Origin: an uncultured Planctomycetaceae bacterium
GTDB taxonomy: Bacteria; Planctomycetota; Planctomycetia; Isosphaerales; Isosphaeraceae
NCBI GenBank assembly: GCA_963833985.1
Contig: CAWIAD010000002.1
Location: 288,001-352,000 of the forward strand
Direction of reading: 5' to 3'
DNA length: 64,000 bases
Below the pieces are notes generated by a model. That model saw only the letters and a list, made by a program, of their open reading frames with translations, had not been told where the DNA came from and searched no databases. The translations under genes and the position numbers were made by a program. Below, piece by piece: positions 42,327 to 54,080 of the stretch. How positions within the stretch are numbered: position 1 is the first letter of the stretch; the number at the start of each line of letters is the position of its first letter.

Positions 42327-43442
42327 ATGGCTAAGCTCAAGACACTCGAGATCAAGGGCTATCGCTCCATCAAGGACGCGCGGCTTGAGCTCGGCCCGTT
42401 GAACGTAATGATCGGCGCGAATGGAACCGGCAAGAGCAACCTCATCTCGCTCTTCAAGATGCTCAATGAAATGGTAAGCGAGCGTCTGCAGGCGTACATC
42501 GGTTCCACAGGTCGCGGTCAATCGCTCCTTTACCTTGGTCCAAAGGTAACGCCCCAACTCGAGGCCATTCTTGAATTTGACACTGGGGATGCGATCGACA
42601 CCTACCAATTCCGCCTGATCCATGCTGCCAACGACACCCTCATGTTCGCGGACGAGACCCTGGACTCTCGACGCCTGGTCTTGGCGGACCCGCACCGGCC
42701 GCCGATGTCACTGGGGACGGGGCATATGGAAAGTGCCTTGATTGGGCGCGCGGCTCAGGGGGACGAGACGGTCCGAAACTTTCGCCACATTCTGAATAGC
42801 TGCCGTGTCTACCATTTCCATGACACATCGCTTTCAGCCCGCATCCGACTCTTCTCTTACGTCAACGATAACCGCTGGTTGATGCCGGACGGGGGAAATC
42901 TGGCGTCGATGCTCTTTCGATATCGTCAAACAGCGGGCATGGTCTACCGACGCATTGTCTCGACCCTTCGAAAGCTGCTGCGTGAGTTCGATGATTTCGT
43001 TCTTGAGCCGAGCAGCCTCAACCGAAACGAGATCATCCTGAACTGGCGGAAATACGGTTCGGACTATTTGCTCGGTCCGCACCAGATTTCGGATGGGACG
43101 CTTCGGGCAATGGCCATCCTGACGCTCCTTCTTCAACCCGAGGAAGAGCTGCCGGATGTCATCATCCTCGATGAACCAGAACTGGGTCTTCATCCGCAAG
43201 CGCTTGAACTCGTAGCGGGTTTAATCAGGGCCGCTGCCTCACGCTCACAGGTAATCATAGCAACTCAATCACAGACGCTTCTCAACTTCTTCGAGCCGTC
43301 GGAAATCATCGCGGTTGGATTACATGAAGGGAGTTCTGCCTTTCAAAGGCTTGAGCCGGAGCCGTTGAGGGACTGGCTTGAAGACTATTCGATCGGGGAG
43401 TTGTGGCAAAGAAATGTGATCGGCGCGGGCCCCCTGCCTTGA
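42327..43442 (+). CDS. ABC-type ATPase (AAA_15/AAA_21-like, non-transport)
   Basis: IKGYRSI, GANGTGKSN, SDGTLR signature, IILDEPELGLHP, ATQS, 'YSIGELW'. Confidence 0.92.
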   Translation: MAKLKTLEIKGYRSIKDARLELGPLNVMIGANGTGKSNLISLFKMLNEMVSERLQAYIGSTGRGQSLLYLGPKVTPQLEAILEFDTGDAIDTYQFRLIHAANDTLMFADETLDSRRLVLADPHRPPMSLGTGHMESALIGRAAQGDETVRNFRHILNSCRVYHFHDTSLSARIRLFSYVNDNRWLMPDGGNLASMLFRYRQTAGMVYRRIVSTLRKLLREFDDFVLEPSSLNRNEIILNWRKYGSDYLLGPHQISDGTLRAMAILTLLLQPEEELPDVIILDEPELGLHPQALELVAGLIRAAASRSQVIIATQSQTLLNFFEPSEIIAVGLHEGSSAFQRLEPEPLRDWLEDYSIGELWQRNVIGAGPLP

Positions 43443-44118
43443 AACAACTCAACGTTTTCTGCGAGGGACAGACGGAGCAAGCGTTCTGCGTCCAGGTCCT
43501 GCAACCGCACCTGTTTCCCGATGGCAGCGGTATAGTTCACACTCTCGCGGTTGGTCAGAAATCTCACCATCACATTTACGGTACTGGGAAACGTTCCAGC
43601 TACGGGAGACTTCGCAAATTCATACTGAACACCATCCATCAACGACACCAGGCAGACGTCTTCTTCACATCCTTGATTGATCTCTACGCCTTGCCCGACG
43701 ACTTCCCTGGGAAAAGCCAGTATACCCACAACCCGGCCGACCCAACTCGGTTCGTCCTCTCGCTTGAGGAGGCCTTCGAAAGGGATATCAACCACTTCCG
43801 ATTCATTCCCTACCAACAGCTCCACGAATTCGAGACGATGCTCTTCGCGCAGCCAGAGTCATTCATGATTTCATTCGAGAAGTGCGATCAGAAGGTCAAG
43901 CTCCTTGATAGGTGGTCAGTTCATTTCCAAGTATCGAACATATTAACAATCATAGTGACACATCCCCATCGAAGCGCATCATCGCTATCATCCCGGAATA
44001 CGAGGGCAGAAGGGCGTCGGCGGGAGCAGACATCGCCCAGCACATCGGCCTACCAATCATCAGATCCAAATGCCCGCATGTAGATGGATGGCTCTCCAAA
44101 CTGGAGGCCATTTGCTAG
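43439..44118 (+). CDS. DUF4276 family (TOPRIM-like) protein (frameshift near 43910)
   Basis: TTGA overlap with the ATPase; 'CEGQTEQAF', 'IDLYALP', 'LHEFETMLF', 'PSKRI', 'IRSKCPH..WL'. Confidence 0.85.
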
Positions 44119-44197
44119 ACTCCCTCAAAGTGGCCCGCTTCACCCTCGAAGCAGCAGGGCGAGACCCGGCGGGCTCGTTGACCAGAATCAGGGCCGA

Positions 44198-45572
44198 TCA
44201 GCCCAGCGACCAGGGCTTGCGGTATTCGTAGTGCAGCAGCGCGTTCGCCTCATCGCAATTCACGAACCGCTCGGCCTGGGAGTCCCACTGGAGCCGCTTC
44301 TTCGTGGCCAGTGCGATATTTGCAAGGTGGGCAAAGGTTGTGGAGCGATGCCCTTCCTCGATGTCGGCACAGGGCCGCTTGCGGCTCTTGACGTTGTCCA
44401 GGAAATCGCGCGCGGCCTGCTGGTCGAGGTCGCCGTCCGGTGACCGCGCCGATTCGGGCTTGCGTCTCGGCCGTGGATCCTGGAACTGGCCGCCACGCTC
44501 GGGGATGATCTCATAGCCCCGCTCCGAGGTATAGAGCGTCCCCAGCGTGCCGCGGATCTCCACCTCGGCGCCCCGGGTCAGGACGGGCTGGCCGTTGGCC
44601 TCGAAGATGGCGATCTCGGTGAGCATGCCGGAAGCGTGCTCGAAGATCGCCAGCGTGGTGTCCGGGATGGTGCGGTCGTCCTCGACCGCGAACCGGCCGC
44701 CGTGCGCCGAGACGGACTCGGGAGCCAGCTCGCCGGTCAGCCAGCGCATCACGTCAAAGTAGTGAACGCCCCAGTTGCCCACCTGCGAGGAATAGAGCTG
44801 CCACCAGCGGAACTTGTAGGGCATGATCGTCGCCTGAAACGGCCGGGCCGGGCGCGGGCCGAGCCAGAAGTCCCAGTCCAGGTCGGCCGGCGGCTCCGAC
44901 ACCGGGGCGCGGCCGATGCCCTGTGTGGCCATGTTGCTACAGTACGAGGCCCGCGCCACGGTGATCTTGCCGAGCGCTCCCGTTTTGATCAATTCGACGA
45001 GGTGAGCATACATACGCGAGGAGCGGCGGTGCGTGCCCACCTGCACGATGCGCTCGATGCTTCCGCGCCGCCTCGACCATGGCGCGACCCTCGGCGATGG
45101 TGATCGACAGCGGCTTCTCGACATACACATCCTTGCCGGCCTTGCAGGCGGCGATGGTCTGGATGGCGTGCCAGTGGTCGGGCGTGGCGATGACGAGCGC
45201 GTCGATGTCAGGACGGTCGAGCAGCACGCGGAAGTCCTTCACTCGGACCGCGCTGCCGGGGACCTCGGGCATGCGGGGAATACGCGCGCCCAGGCCAGCG
45301 AAACGTGGATCAACCTTGTCGTATTCGGCATGGAGGTACGGTGCGTACACATCGCAGAGCGCCACGACCTTCGCATCGGGTTGCGCCAGGAACGCCTTCA
45401 GGAGCTGGCAGCCGCGGTTGCCCACGCCGATGAACCCGAGCCGCACCTGGTCGCTGGAGGCAGCCGGGCGAGACGCTGCCGCGGACGCCATGGCACCAGC
45501 GGTCGTGGCGGCAGCAGCCGCGGCCGTCGTCGTTGTCCTCGCGAACTCACGGCGGTTGTAAACCGAAGACAT
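44198..45572 (-). CDS. Gfo/Idh/MocA oxidoreductase with Tat signal (frameshift near 45060)
   Basis: NRREF; GFIGVGNRG; ATPDHWH; YVEKP; VQVGTH; NWGVHYFD. Confidence 0.92.
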
Positions 45573-45765
45573 GGCGATTGCCTTTCTCCGGCCGCCTCGG
45601 GCCGGCCCTACCAGGGGAATGGCAGGCGACCCGGTGGGCCATGCCTTGCCGCTCCACGCACTCATCAGAAATGGGAAGCACGGCGAAGTCAATGGTCGAG
45701 CACGCATTGCCGTCTCGCTGCCGGCGTATAATGGAGTCAGGAGAGTGACCCGAAGGAGAACAACC

Positions 45766-46314
45766 ATGACAGCTCCATTGTTCGCGGGTCTCATCACCGC
45801 GCTGGCCGTCGCCTGGATTCCTTCGCAGGCCGATCCTCCAGGACAGAGCGTGACGCCGGCATCGAAACACCTCGATTTCAAGGTGGTCGTCTGGTACCGT
45901 CGAGACAGGCCGCTGGAGACGTTCCAGTCCCAGGAGTACGATGTCCGCAAGGGCCAGTACACGCCCGCCGTCGAGCAATGGCTTGAACTGATGAAGACGA
46001 GGTATCCAGGCTATGTCCTCATCGTCCGCAATGTGGACCTTGAGCACGAGCGCGGAGCCACCGAGGGATTGCGGGTCGGCGCAGTCATCAAACGCGAGCT
46101 CATGGCGGCAGCGGCGCTCGAAGGTGTTGTGGTCGGTGCTCCGGCGCCGGGTTTAAACTTGCGGTCCTCGAATTCGCTGGCCGGGAAGGGGGGCTCGACA
46201 GCGCCCCCAGGCGCCTTCACGCCGCTGGGCGCCAGCCGTTCCGGCTCGTTGAACCTCGGCCCGACGGGCCCCAGCTTCCCCGTACCGATGCCTTACCCCC
46301 GCCCCCACCCATGA
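45766..46314 (+). CDS. Secreted hypothetical protein
   Basis: AAGGAG RBS, signal peptide, Pro-rich tail. Confidence 0.7.
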   Translation: MTAPLFAGLITALAVAWIPSQADPPGQSVTPASKHLDFKVVVWYRRDRPLETFQSQEYDVRKGQYTPAVEQWLELMKTRYPGYVLIVRNVDLEHERGATEGLRVGAVIKRELMAAAALEGVVVGAPAPGLNLRSSNSLAGKGGSTAPPGAFTPLGASRSGSLNLGPTGPSFPVPMPYPRPHP

Positions 46315-46318
46315 TCAC

Positions 46319-46882
46319 TCACCGGAAGAAGTCCGAGACCGTCGCGCGAAAACCCGGCAGATGCGGCTCAGCCGTGATGGTATCGCGGAGGTTGAAGAGC
46401 TTCGATTCCCCCTCGGAACGGTGCTCGATGATGGTCTGCCGGTAGGGATCGATGATCCAGATGACAGGGACCCTGGCGGCAAGGTAAGCGTCTATCTTCT
46501 CGTTGATGTCCCCGACGATATCGCTCGGCGAGAGGATGTCCACGACCAGGGTGGGAACGCCGTCGACAAGCGTCGTGTCAGCGGTCTGCCTGGCCATGAC
46601 CTCCGCATTGATGTACGTGACGTCGATGCCAACCGTGGTATCCGGATCGTGCGCCAGGATCACCCCGGCTTCTCCCGCCAGCACCTGACCCCTGGGCTCC
46701 GGTTGCTCATCCAGCCAGACGACGAGGATATTCACCACTCGTCCCATGATACGACTGTGATGACGGTTTCGTATCGTCATCGGTCGTTCCCTCAGTTCCC
46801 CGGCGATCAGCCAGCGATCGGTGCCGTCTTCGGGAAGCGCCAGCAGCTCGTCTGTCGTCATCAACGATTCAGCCGTGGCCAT
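46319..46882 (-). CDS. Uma2 family (PD-D/ExK-like) protein
   Basis: 'MTTDELLALP', 'LIAGELRE', 'PTLVVDILSPSD', 'KIDAYL....IWIIDP', 'LPGF'. Confidence 0.92.
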   Translation of the reverse strand: MATAESLMTTDELLALPEDGTDRWLIAGELRERPMTIRNRHHSRIMGRVVNILVVWLDEQPEPRGQVLAGEAGVILAHDPDTTVGIDVTYINAEVMARQTADTTLVDGVPTLVVDILSPSDIVGDINEKIDAYLAARVPVIWIIDPYRQTIIEHRSEGESKLFNLRDTITAEPHLPGFRATVSDFFR

Positions 46883-46990
46883 GGTCGAACTCCTCGTCGG
46901 GTGATTCCCAGCTCCGTTTCGATTCTAACTTCTCTTGTCTGATGGTGCCGAGCGAACCCTGCACCGTGCTTCGGACCCCACCGGCAGGGC

Positions 46991-48125
46991 TCAATTGGCC
47001 GCGTCGAGCACGAGGAGCGTGACGTCATCCTGATTGCTGGCGGTGTTCGAGAACGCGGCGAGCTCGGCGAGGATGGCGTCGAGCAGTTGAGATCCGCGAC
47101 CGCCCGTTTCCAAAGCCGCGAGCAGCCGCTCTTGACCGAACATGCAGCCAGGCCCATGCGCCTCGATCACGCCGTCGGTATACAGCAGCAGGGAGTCTCC
47201 CGGGCCCAGGCTGGCGGTCGCTTGCTCGCAAGGGATCTCGAAGAGGGCCGAGGTCAGGATTGGTCCTGTCGAATCGAGCAGTTGCGCACGGGAAGCGCCA
47301 GAACGCAGGATCGGCGGTGGATGGCCCGCATTCACGTAGCGCAGCTCACCCCGAGGGGCATCAAGTCGCGCACAGCAGAGGGTCACGAACCGGCTGGGGT
47401 CGAAGTCGCGTATGGCTTCCTTCACACGATCAACCACCGCGATCGGTTCAAAACCATCGACATGGGACGCCCGGAACGCGGCCTTCACCACGCCGGTCAT
47501 CATCGCCGCCGATGCGCCGTGCCCCACCACGTCGGCAATCAGCAGGGCGAGCGCGTCCTCGCCCACAGGGACGTAATCGTAGATGTCTCCGGCAAGCTCG
47601 CTGCAAGCGATATACCGGGCCGCGATCGAGAGGCCCGGGAGTCTCCAGCCGCGGAGGTGGAAGGAGACTGAGCTGGAACTGCCGTGCGTCCTCGAGCTCG
47701 TCCTCAACCCGTCGCAGGAACTCCTCGCGCTGTTCACGCAGTTCGCGCAGCTCGAGGCAGCGGTTCACCAGCGCCAGCAGCACACGCCGGTCGAATGGCT
47801 TCTGGATGAAATAAAAGGCCCCCTCGTCGATGGCCTGGATGAGCGTTTCATCGGGCTCCTCGGCGTTCCCGGTCATGAGGATGGCCTCGACAGCCGGCTG
47901 AGCCGCCTTCAAGGCCCGCGTGACCTCGAAGCCGTTCATCGCGGGGAGCCGGATATCGACGATTGCCAGGTCGGGCTTGAACGTTCGTGCTTCCACAAGC
48001 GCCGCTTCTCCCGATGCCGCCACCGCAACCTGATGACGCCGGCCCAGGATGCGTCCGACCGCACGAAGGATTCCCGGGTCGTCATCCACGATCAGAATGC
48101 GGGCGGATTGCGGTTCTTGATTCAT
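46991..48125 (-). CDS. Response regulator-PP2C/SpoIIE phosphatase (RsbU/RsbY-like; frameshift near 47640)
   Basis: ILIVDDD, AIVDIRLP, IQKPF; AGDIYD, ADVVGHG, NAGHP, YTDG, DDVT. Confidence 0.92.
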
Positions 48126-49865
48126 CCGGATACTCCCGGCCGGGTCAGGGGAAAGAGTGCTCGGACTCGGGTCCCCGCGCCCGGAGTGCTGTCGATCTCG
48201 AACCGGCCGCGGTGCTGCGCGAGAATCGAGCGGCAGATCGCCAGGCCCAGACCGTGACCATTCGCCTTGGTCGAGAAGAAAGGTTCGCGGATCCGGACGA
48301 GGTCGGCGCCGGAGATGCCGCAGCCGGTATCCTCGACCAGAATCTCCAGTGCCGCGTCACACGAGGCGGCCCGGATGGTCAAGCGGCCGTCCGGTCCGGT
48401 CGCGTCGCAGGCGTTGCTGATCAGGTTGAGCAAGAGCTGTTCGATGTCCGCCTGCACGGCGAGGAGAGGAGGAAGGTCCTCGGCAATATCGACCTCCAGC
48501 CGGACTCCCCGGCGCATCAGGGCCTCGCGAAAGATCGCCAGCGCCCCGTCCACGGCATGGCGGATAGAGACCTCGCTGGGGTTGCGTGCCGAGCCGCGTG
48601 CAAAATGCACCATGGCGCCGAAGATACGCCGGCAGACCTGGATGGACTGTTCGATCTGGCCGAGGTCGGCGGCGGCGGCCTGGAGGTCGAGCTGATTCTC
48701 CTGGATCTCGGAGCGAAGCTGCTGCACCAGCGGGAGCACCGCGCCCAGCGCGTTGTTCACGTCATGGGAGACGCCCCGGGCCAGATCGGCCATGGCATGC
48801 TTGCGCTCGGCGGCAAGCACCCGCTCCTTGAGCCACTCGGCCCGGTGGGCGTTCTGCAATGCGACCGCGGCCTGAGGAAGAAACTGGGAGACCAGCTCCG
48901 CCTCGTACCGGCAGAAGGCACCGGGATGAATGGAAGCCACCTTCAACATCCCGAGCAGGCCTCCGCGCGTCGCCAGCGACCCGCACAGAATGGCCCCTTC
49001 GGCGGGGCTCGCCGTTCCGCGATCGGGCTGGGGACCATAATCCAGCAGCTCCGCCAGACCGGTGGCATCACTCGACGTCCAGTTGATCCAGCTTTTCCCG
49101 CGACGATCAAAACCCCAGACGAACGGCCGGTCCAGCAACTTGCGCAGCGAGGGGGTAAGCGGCCGCTTGCGGCCCACGTTCTGCCCCTTTGCTTTCTGCC
49201 AGGCAATCTGCTCGGCGACGACCTCCAGGGTCCCGGATTCGTCATCATAGATGAGCAGGGAAGCCGAATGGTCGTACCCGGTGAGCGATCGAATCCCGTG
49301 CAGCAGCTCGTAAGCCAGGTGTTTCGGCTGGCTCTGTTCCAGGATCTTGCGATCGACCCGGGCGCGCACCTCGCGGATCCGCTCGAGATCGATCTGATCG
49401 ATGAGCTCATTGGCCAGCCCGCCGATCGTCGAGAATGCCTGCCGGGCGTCCCAGTGCAGGTCCTTGCCGGACGCCCTGACGGCCAGAGCCCCACATCCGG
49501 CCGTGCCTTCGAATCCGCGCCAGCATCAGCTCGCCGGGCACGCGCACCGGCTCGCCGCGCAGGAATGCCGTGAGCAGGGCCCGATCCCAGGACGCCTGTT
49601 CCGGCAGCGAAAGGAGAATCCTCGCAAGGTCCCAGCCCGGCCCGATCGTGACGATTGCCCCCTCGCCGGCCCCGAAAAGTTCCATGCTCAGCTTCGTGGC
49701 GCCCCGCAGAACCTTCATCTCGTCGCGGCCATCCCGATACTGGGCTCGAAATCTCCAGAGATGGCAGGTGAGCCCCGGCAACGCCAGTCCAGCACCCGGC
49801 AATCCAGGAGCGCGGGTCTCGCCCTGTTCGGCAGCGTCAGACATCGTTGGCATTCTCTTGGTCAT
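48122..49865 (-). CDS. GAF-domain sensor histidine kinase (frameshift near 49490)
   Basis: SHDVNNAL H-box, NLISNA, DTGCG, PFFSTK, GHGLGL; N-terminal GAF-like regions in two frames. Confidence 0.88.
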
Positions 49866-49946
49866 GAATTCACGGGAAGAGTTGAAGCGGGAAAGGACGC
49901 CGGAGCCGCGCAGGCTCACGGGACCGCGAGCCGTGCCATGAACTGG

Positions 49947-52000
49947 CTATTCAGCCATGTTAAGGGAGCCGCCCCGGAAGATGAAGCGTCTGGCTTCGCG
50001 GATCTCTTCTGGCAGACTGCTCCACCAGCTTCTCCACCGGCCGATGTCCTCACCATGGGGCATTCCCGAGATCGCCTCGAGTGCCCAGATGAGCTCCTCC
50101 CTGGGGATCGAATCGTCTCGGCCGAGCACCTCGATGAGAGCCGAGGCTCCCAGTGCATGACCACCGGAGCCCAGGCGACGCACGGCCAGGATGCGGTCGC
50201 CAGGATCTGCCTGGCGATCCTCGATCAGCGGCATGAGCCGATGGGTCAGCTTGCACACGATTTCCGGAGGCGGAAGCGCGAACGTTCCCGTGCCCTGTTC
50301 CTGAACCCAACCCCTCCATCGCAGGGCAAGCTCTTCGACACCGATGCCAAAGTGCCGCTCGATGGCTTTCCCTGGTTCGGCGAGCAGCAAGCGGTCGGTC
50401 AAAAGTGCGTGCAGCGCGGTTCGCCTTTCGCCCGGGGCCTGCGCTCCTCCCAGGTATTCCAGAACCGAGTGAGCCTCGCCCTCGTACTGCTCGAGCTGGC
50501 TGAACTCCGCGTGTTCATCCCAGTGGTTGAGCAGCACAATCAGCTCTCGAATTGTGGTCTCGAAGAGGCGCTTGCCGAGCGTATTGCCATGCGCCAGGGC
50601 GACGAGCATCCTCCGGTTCAGGCACATCCGATCCTCATCGCCGGCTGCCAGGAACCTGGGGAGTACACTCTTGACCCAGATTGGCAAGGCGCGGCCCGTG
50701 TGCGAGTCGAGACCAGCGTGGCAGAAGAGATGGAAGGCGGTTCGTCTCTTCTCGTCGGCCTGGTATGGCAACTCCTCAATGCAAAAGGCCGCCGCGCGCC
50801 GCGGCTGCGGAAGGTACATTCCGCTCAAGGTCTTCATCACGCGAGAGCTGAAGTGACTGTGCGGACGCACGAAGGCGTCGAAACCGGCTCGCTCCTGGAA
50901 CAGAAGGATCCTCAGACCTGGCGGAGGATCGACAGTTCTTTTCAGGAACGCTTCCATCTTCTCGCGTGCGGCTTGCAGCTCTTCCATGAGCCAGGGCGCG
51001 GGGTTTTCCGGGCCGGAGTGCCAGATTGTCGCCTGGCCGGTGCGAAGGACTTCACCCTTCGCACCTGCGGCCTTGCGCGGAGCCCAGAATGTAGGACTCG
51101 CTCCCCATGCGCCGTAACTGCACGCGGTGAATGACCACGAACAGGATGGTCGCCGCCACGATCGTGCCCAGGATGGAGATCGGCACGACAACCTGATAAC
51201 TCGCGCCCTGGACGGGAGAAAACGCGACATTCACCAGCAGCACTGCGGCAAGGAAGCCGAACATTGACAGCACGGCGAAAATGATCAGCAGGCCCAGAGC
51301 CACGTGGCTCTTCCTCGATGGGACGGGCTTTTGCGCCGGGCTGACCGGTCTCGACAGATCGGCAGTCTGGGTACTCGCCTGTCGTGCCAGCTCGGCAGAG
51401 GCAGCTCTCCGCAACGGCACAGGCCCTGGTCGACATCTGGGGCAGAGCAGGGGACCGGGCGCGATCTCGGCGCCGCAGTGCTCGCAGGGCACTGGACCGG
51501 ACCGCCGGAAGCTTGTGATCATCAGAGTGAGCAGGAGCAGATAGAACAGGCCCATGAGCATGGGAAGCACGCGGAGCAACAGGCCGAACACTCCTCCCAG
51601 CGACGCCCCCAGCAACGATGTGCGGTCGAAGGGGTCAATCTGAGTCATGATTACCACCATCGCCGCGATAAGCACCAGCGTGCACCAGAAGACCCAGCGC
51701 AGCACTTGTCGCTGGTGAAGCAGGCGAAGCTGAGGAAGGTCGCATTGCGCAGACCGGCGGAGGGTCTTTCGGGTTGACGCGATCGAGGAAGCGCCGCCCG
51801 CAGTGAGCGCACGCCGGCGCCTTCCGCCAGACACGGAAGATCCCCCGCATCAAGAGCATCAGAACGATGGTGATGAAAATCCCGAAGCCGACGTGGCTGT
51901 CTCCTGGCGGCAAGATCATGACCAGCACCAGTGCGCTGACCGCAACGATGACCGCCAGGTCAGCCAGGTGGAACTGGAACCGTCTCTGTGGCATGCCCAT
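49947..52000 (-). CDS. Membrane protein with two Zn-ribbon motif pairs, a degenerate zincin-like domain and a C-terminal HEAT repeat (frameshifts near 51745 and 51100)
   Basis: Joins three frames: 'RFQFHLADL' TMs, CAHC/CxxC, CEHC/CPRC, 'TAFHLFCH..LPIWV', 'WALEAISG...WRSWW'. Confidence 0.55.
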
Positions 52001-52146
52001 CGCTCTCGTCTTGAATCCTGTGGTGAGTTGCCATAACCACCCGGGGTAGTCAGCGAGCATGAGCTTCTGATTCGCTGGATGCAATGTCAAGAGGTGTGAA
52101 TGAGGTTGCTGGGAGCGAGCACGCCGAAAAGGTCGATTCATTCGAG

Positions 52147-53886
52147 GGGTGTAAGACACGGTTCGTTTTTCTGAGGTCCTACGCCGCTTTCCCAGTTTCC
52201 CTGGCTTTATAGTTGCGGAAGGGGCTGCTGGGCCTCTCTTTGAGGTACCGATCCAGGCGTCCGTCCTCCGAGAGGAACGACGCTCGAAGCTGAAGCATCG
52301 TCTCGGCACCGGCGTCGCTCCAGAATTTCTCCGACCCCTTGACCCGCCGGTTGAAGATCTTCACGGTCGACTCCACGTGACTGCTCGTCCACGGCAATCC
52401 CCCGCGTCGATAAGCAGGGTAGTCCATCCGCTCTCGATTATGCTCCAGGTAGCCGAGTTCTTGGGCGATGATCTTGCGCGGGTCATCGTCGGCCAGCCGT
52501 TCGAGCTCGTCTCCGGATAAGGACGCCTGGGCATCTCGCAGGGTACGGAGTTCCTCAATCACCTGGCCCACGCGTCCCTTCCAGCAGGCCTCCGCCCATG
52601 CCTGGAACAACTCCCAGCGGCCTTCGGTCTCGATCGCCGCAGCCTTGGCGGCCGCGAACAGGTGACCCAGGGCGTGGAGAAAATCAACGATGGCCAGAAA
52701 GGTCGGAAAATGCCGTTGCTGCAATTTCCAGATCCAGGCCGAGCCGTCCCCCAGGAACGCCCGATGAGCCGCTTTCATGAGATTGCGTCGCCACGCCTCC
52801 GCGGCCACCATCGGCCCGAATTGCTCGCTGGAGCAGGTGCTCGCCACGTAAGTCCGCACCACCAGTTCGGGCCTTTCCCTCGGCTCGGACCGATCCCCGG
52901 GGGACGGCAGAGATGCTTCGTCGATGTTCTCCGCCGGGGCCTCCTGTAGGCCCATCGAGCTCGACCCGCTGATCCCGCCGACAAGCTTCTCGACGTATCC
53001 CCGGTCGCGGTAGCAGGCGGGCAACTCCGGCTCCGGGTCGCAGTCCGAGACGACATTGGCCATGGTGGCCAGAATCGCGATCTTGTCCTCACGCCAGGAC
53101 GCATCATGGGCACCGGGCCCTTCCCCCTGGCCGCGAATCTGCAGCCGGCCGCCGTCAACCTCGACCACTGCCAGAGCCGGCCGTGTCTCGACTCGCGGCT
53201 CGAGCTTATGGGCTTGAAGTTCGCTCACATGCTGATCTCTCTCGGCCTGCAATTGTTGGCCGACCTCCTGGGCGATGCGGCCGATCTGCCGACTGCCGAT
53301 GGTCACCTCGGCCAATTCCGCCATCGCCTCGGCCGCCTCCCGGAAGGAGGGCTCCCGGGCACCGCAACGGACGATCTTGCGCAGCACCGAAGGGCTGTAG
53401 TCATGTGGCGTGAGGCGCAAGGCCGGACGCTGAGGGAAAAAAATCCCGGCGACATGCCGGGCAGTGGCACTTCGGTTCGGCGTAGGTGACCTTGCCTCCC
53501 CAGAATTCAATGGTTCGATCGTTGCGTTGCACCGGACAGAGCCGCTTGCAGTTGGGACAAGGCTGCTCGGCCCCCAAGAGGGAGGCTTTCTGCTTCAGGA
53601 GTTCCTCGATGGTTCCCTTGGCCACGGCACAGGCCGCGGTCATGGCCATTTGTTCCATGTCGTCGGCATCGAGGTCCAGGTCAGGCCCAACTTCTTCGTG
53701 GACCCGTCGCGCCACAGTTTTCCCCCACCCTTTGGCCATCTGCTCGACCCCGGTGCGATCCATCGATGGTGACTTACGGAAAGGCATAGCAGGTCCCTCC
53801 TTGGACTTCCGGTGACGGACAATTTGGGAAACTTGACTTGACATGCTACCACCGGCCTCGGGCGGCGCGAACCGCGTCTTACACCC
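52147..53886 (-). mobile_element. ISKra4-family insertion sequence (1740 bp)
   Basis: IRs GGGTGTAAGAC(A/G)CGGTTCG (18/19) at 52147-52165 and 53868-53886; 9-bp direct repeat TCATTCGAG at 52138-52146 and 53887-53895. Confidence 0.93.
52179..53787 (-). CDS. ISKra4-family DDE transposase, OrfA/OrfB joined by a probable -1 programmed frameshift at 53436-53443
   Basis: OrfA 53787-53401 with CPNC/CHCPAC ending 'RRDFFP'; T7C slippery run; OrfB EVDGG, LGDGS.WIW, DFLHA, SSHVES. Confidence 0.88.
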
Positions 53887-54080
53887 TCATTCGAGAAAAC
53901 TTGCGAGAAACTCTTGACGATGATCCAGAAATCCGATAGGGTCCGCCCGCCGTGGGAGAACAGACCCGCGGTCGCCTGTTTCACAGGGAAGTGCTCAGGC
54001 GGCTCCGGTCGAATGACGCGTCTTGGTTCTCAAGACGGGTCCGGGGGTTCTCCCCGACCGCTGTGCATGGAGGCTGGCCG

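Noticed and set aside
46319..46882. Uma2 as part of a restriction or defence system
   Set aside because: No methyltransferase or partner gene; Uma2 paralogues are typically scattered in planctomycete genomes.
47987..51134. Long plus-strand ORFs 47987-49573 and 49401-51134, and similar ones (e.g. 33931-35469, 14711-16159, 30163-31542)
   Set aside because: Antisense shadows of recognisable genes in GC-rich DNA, with no domain motifs.
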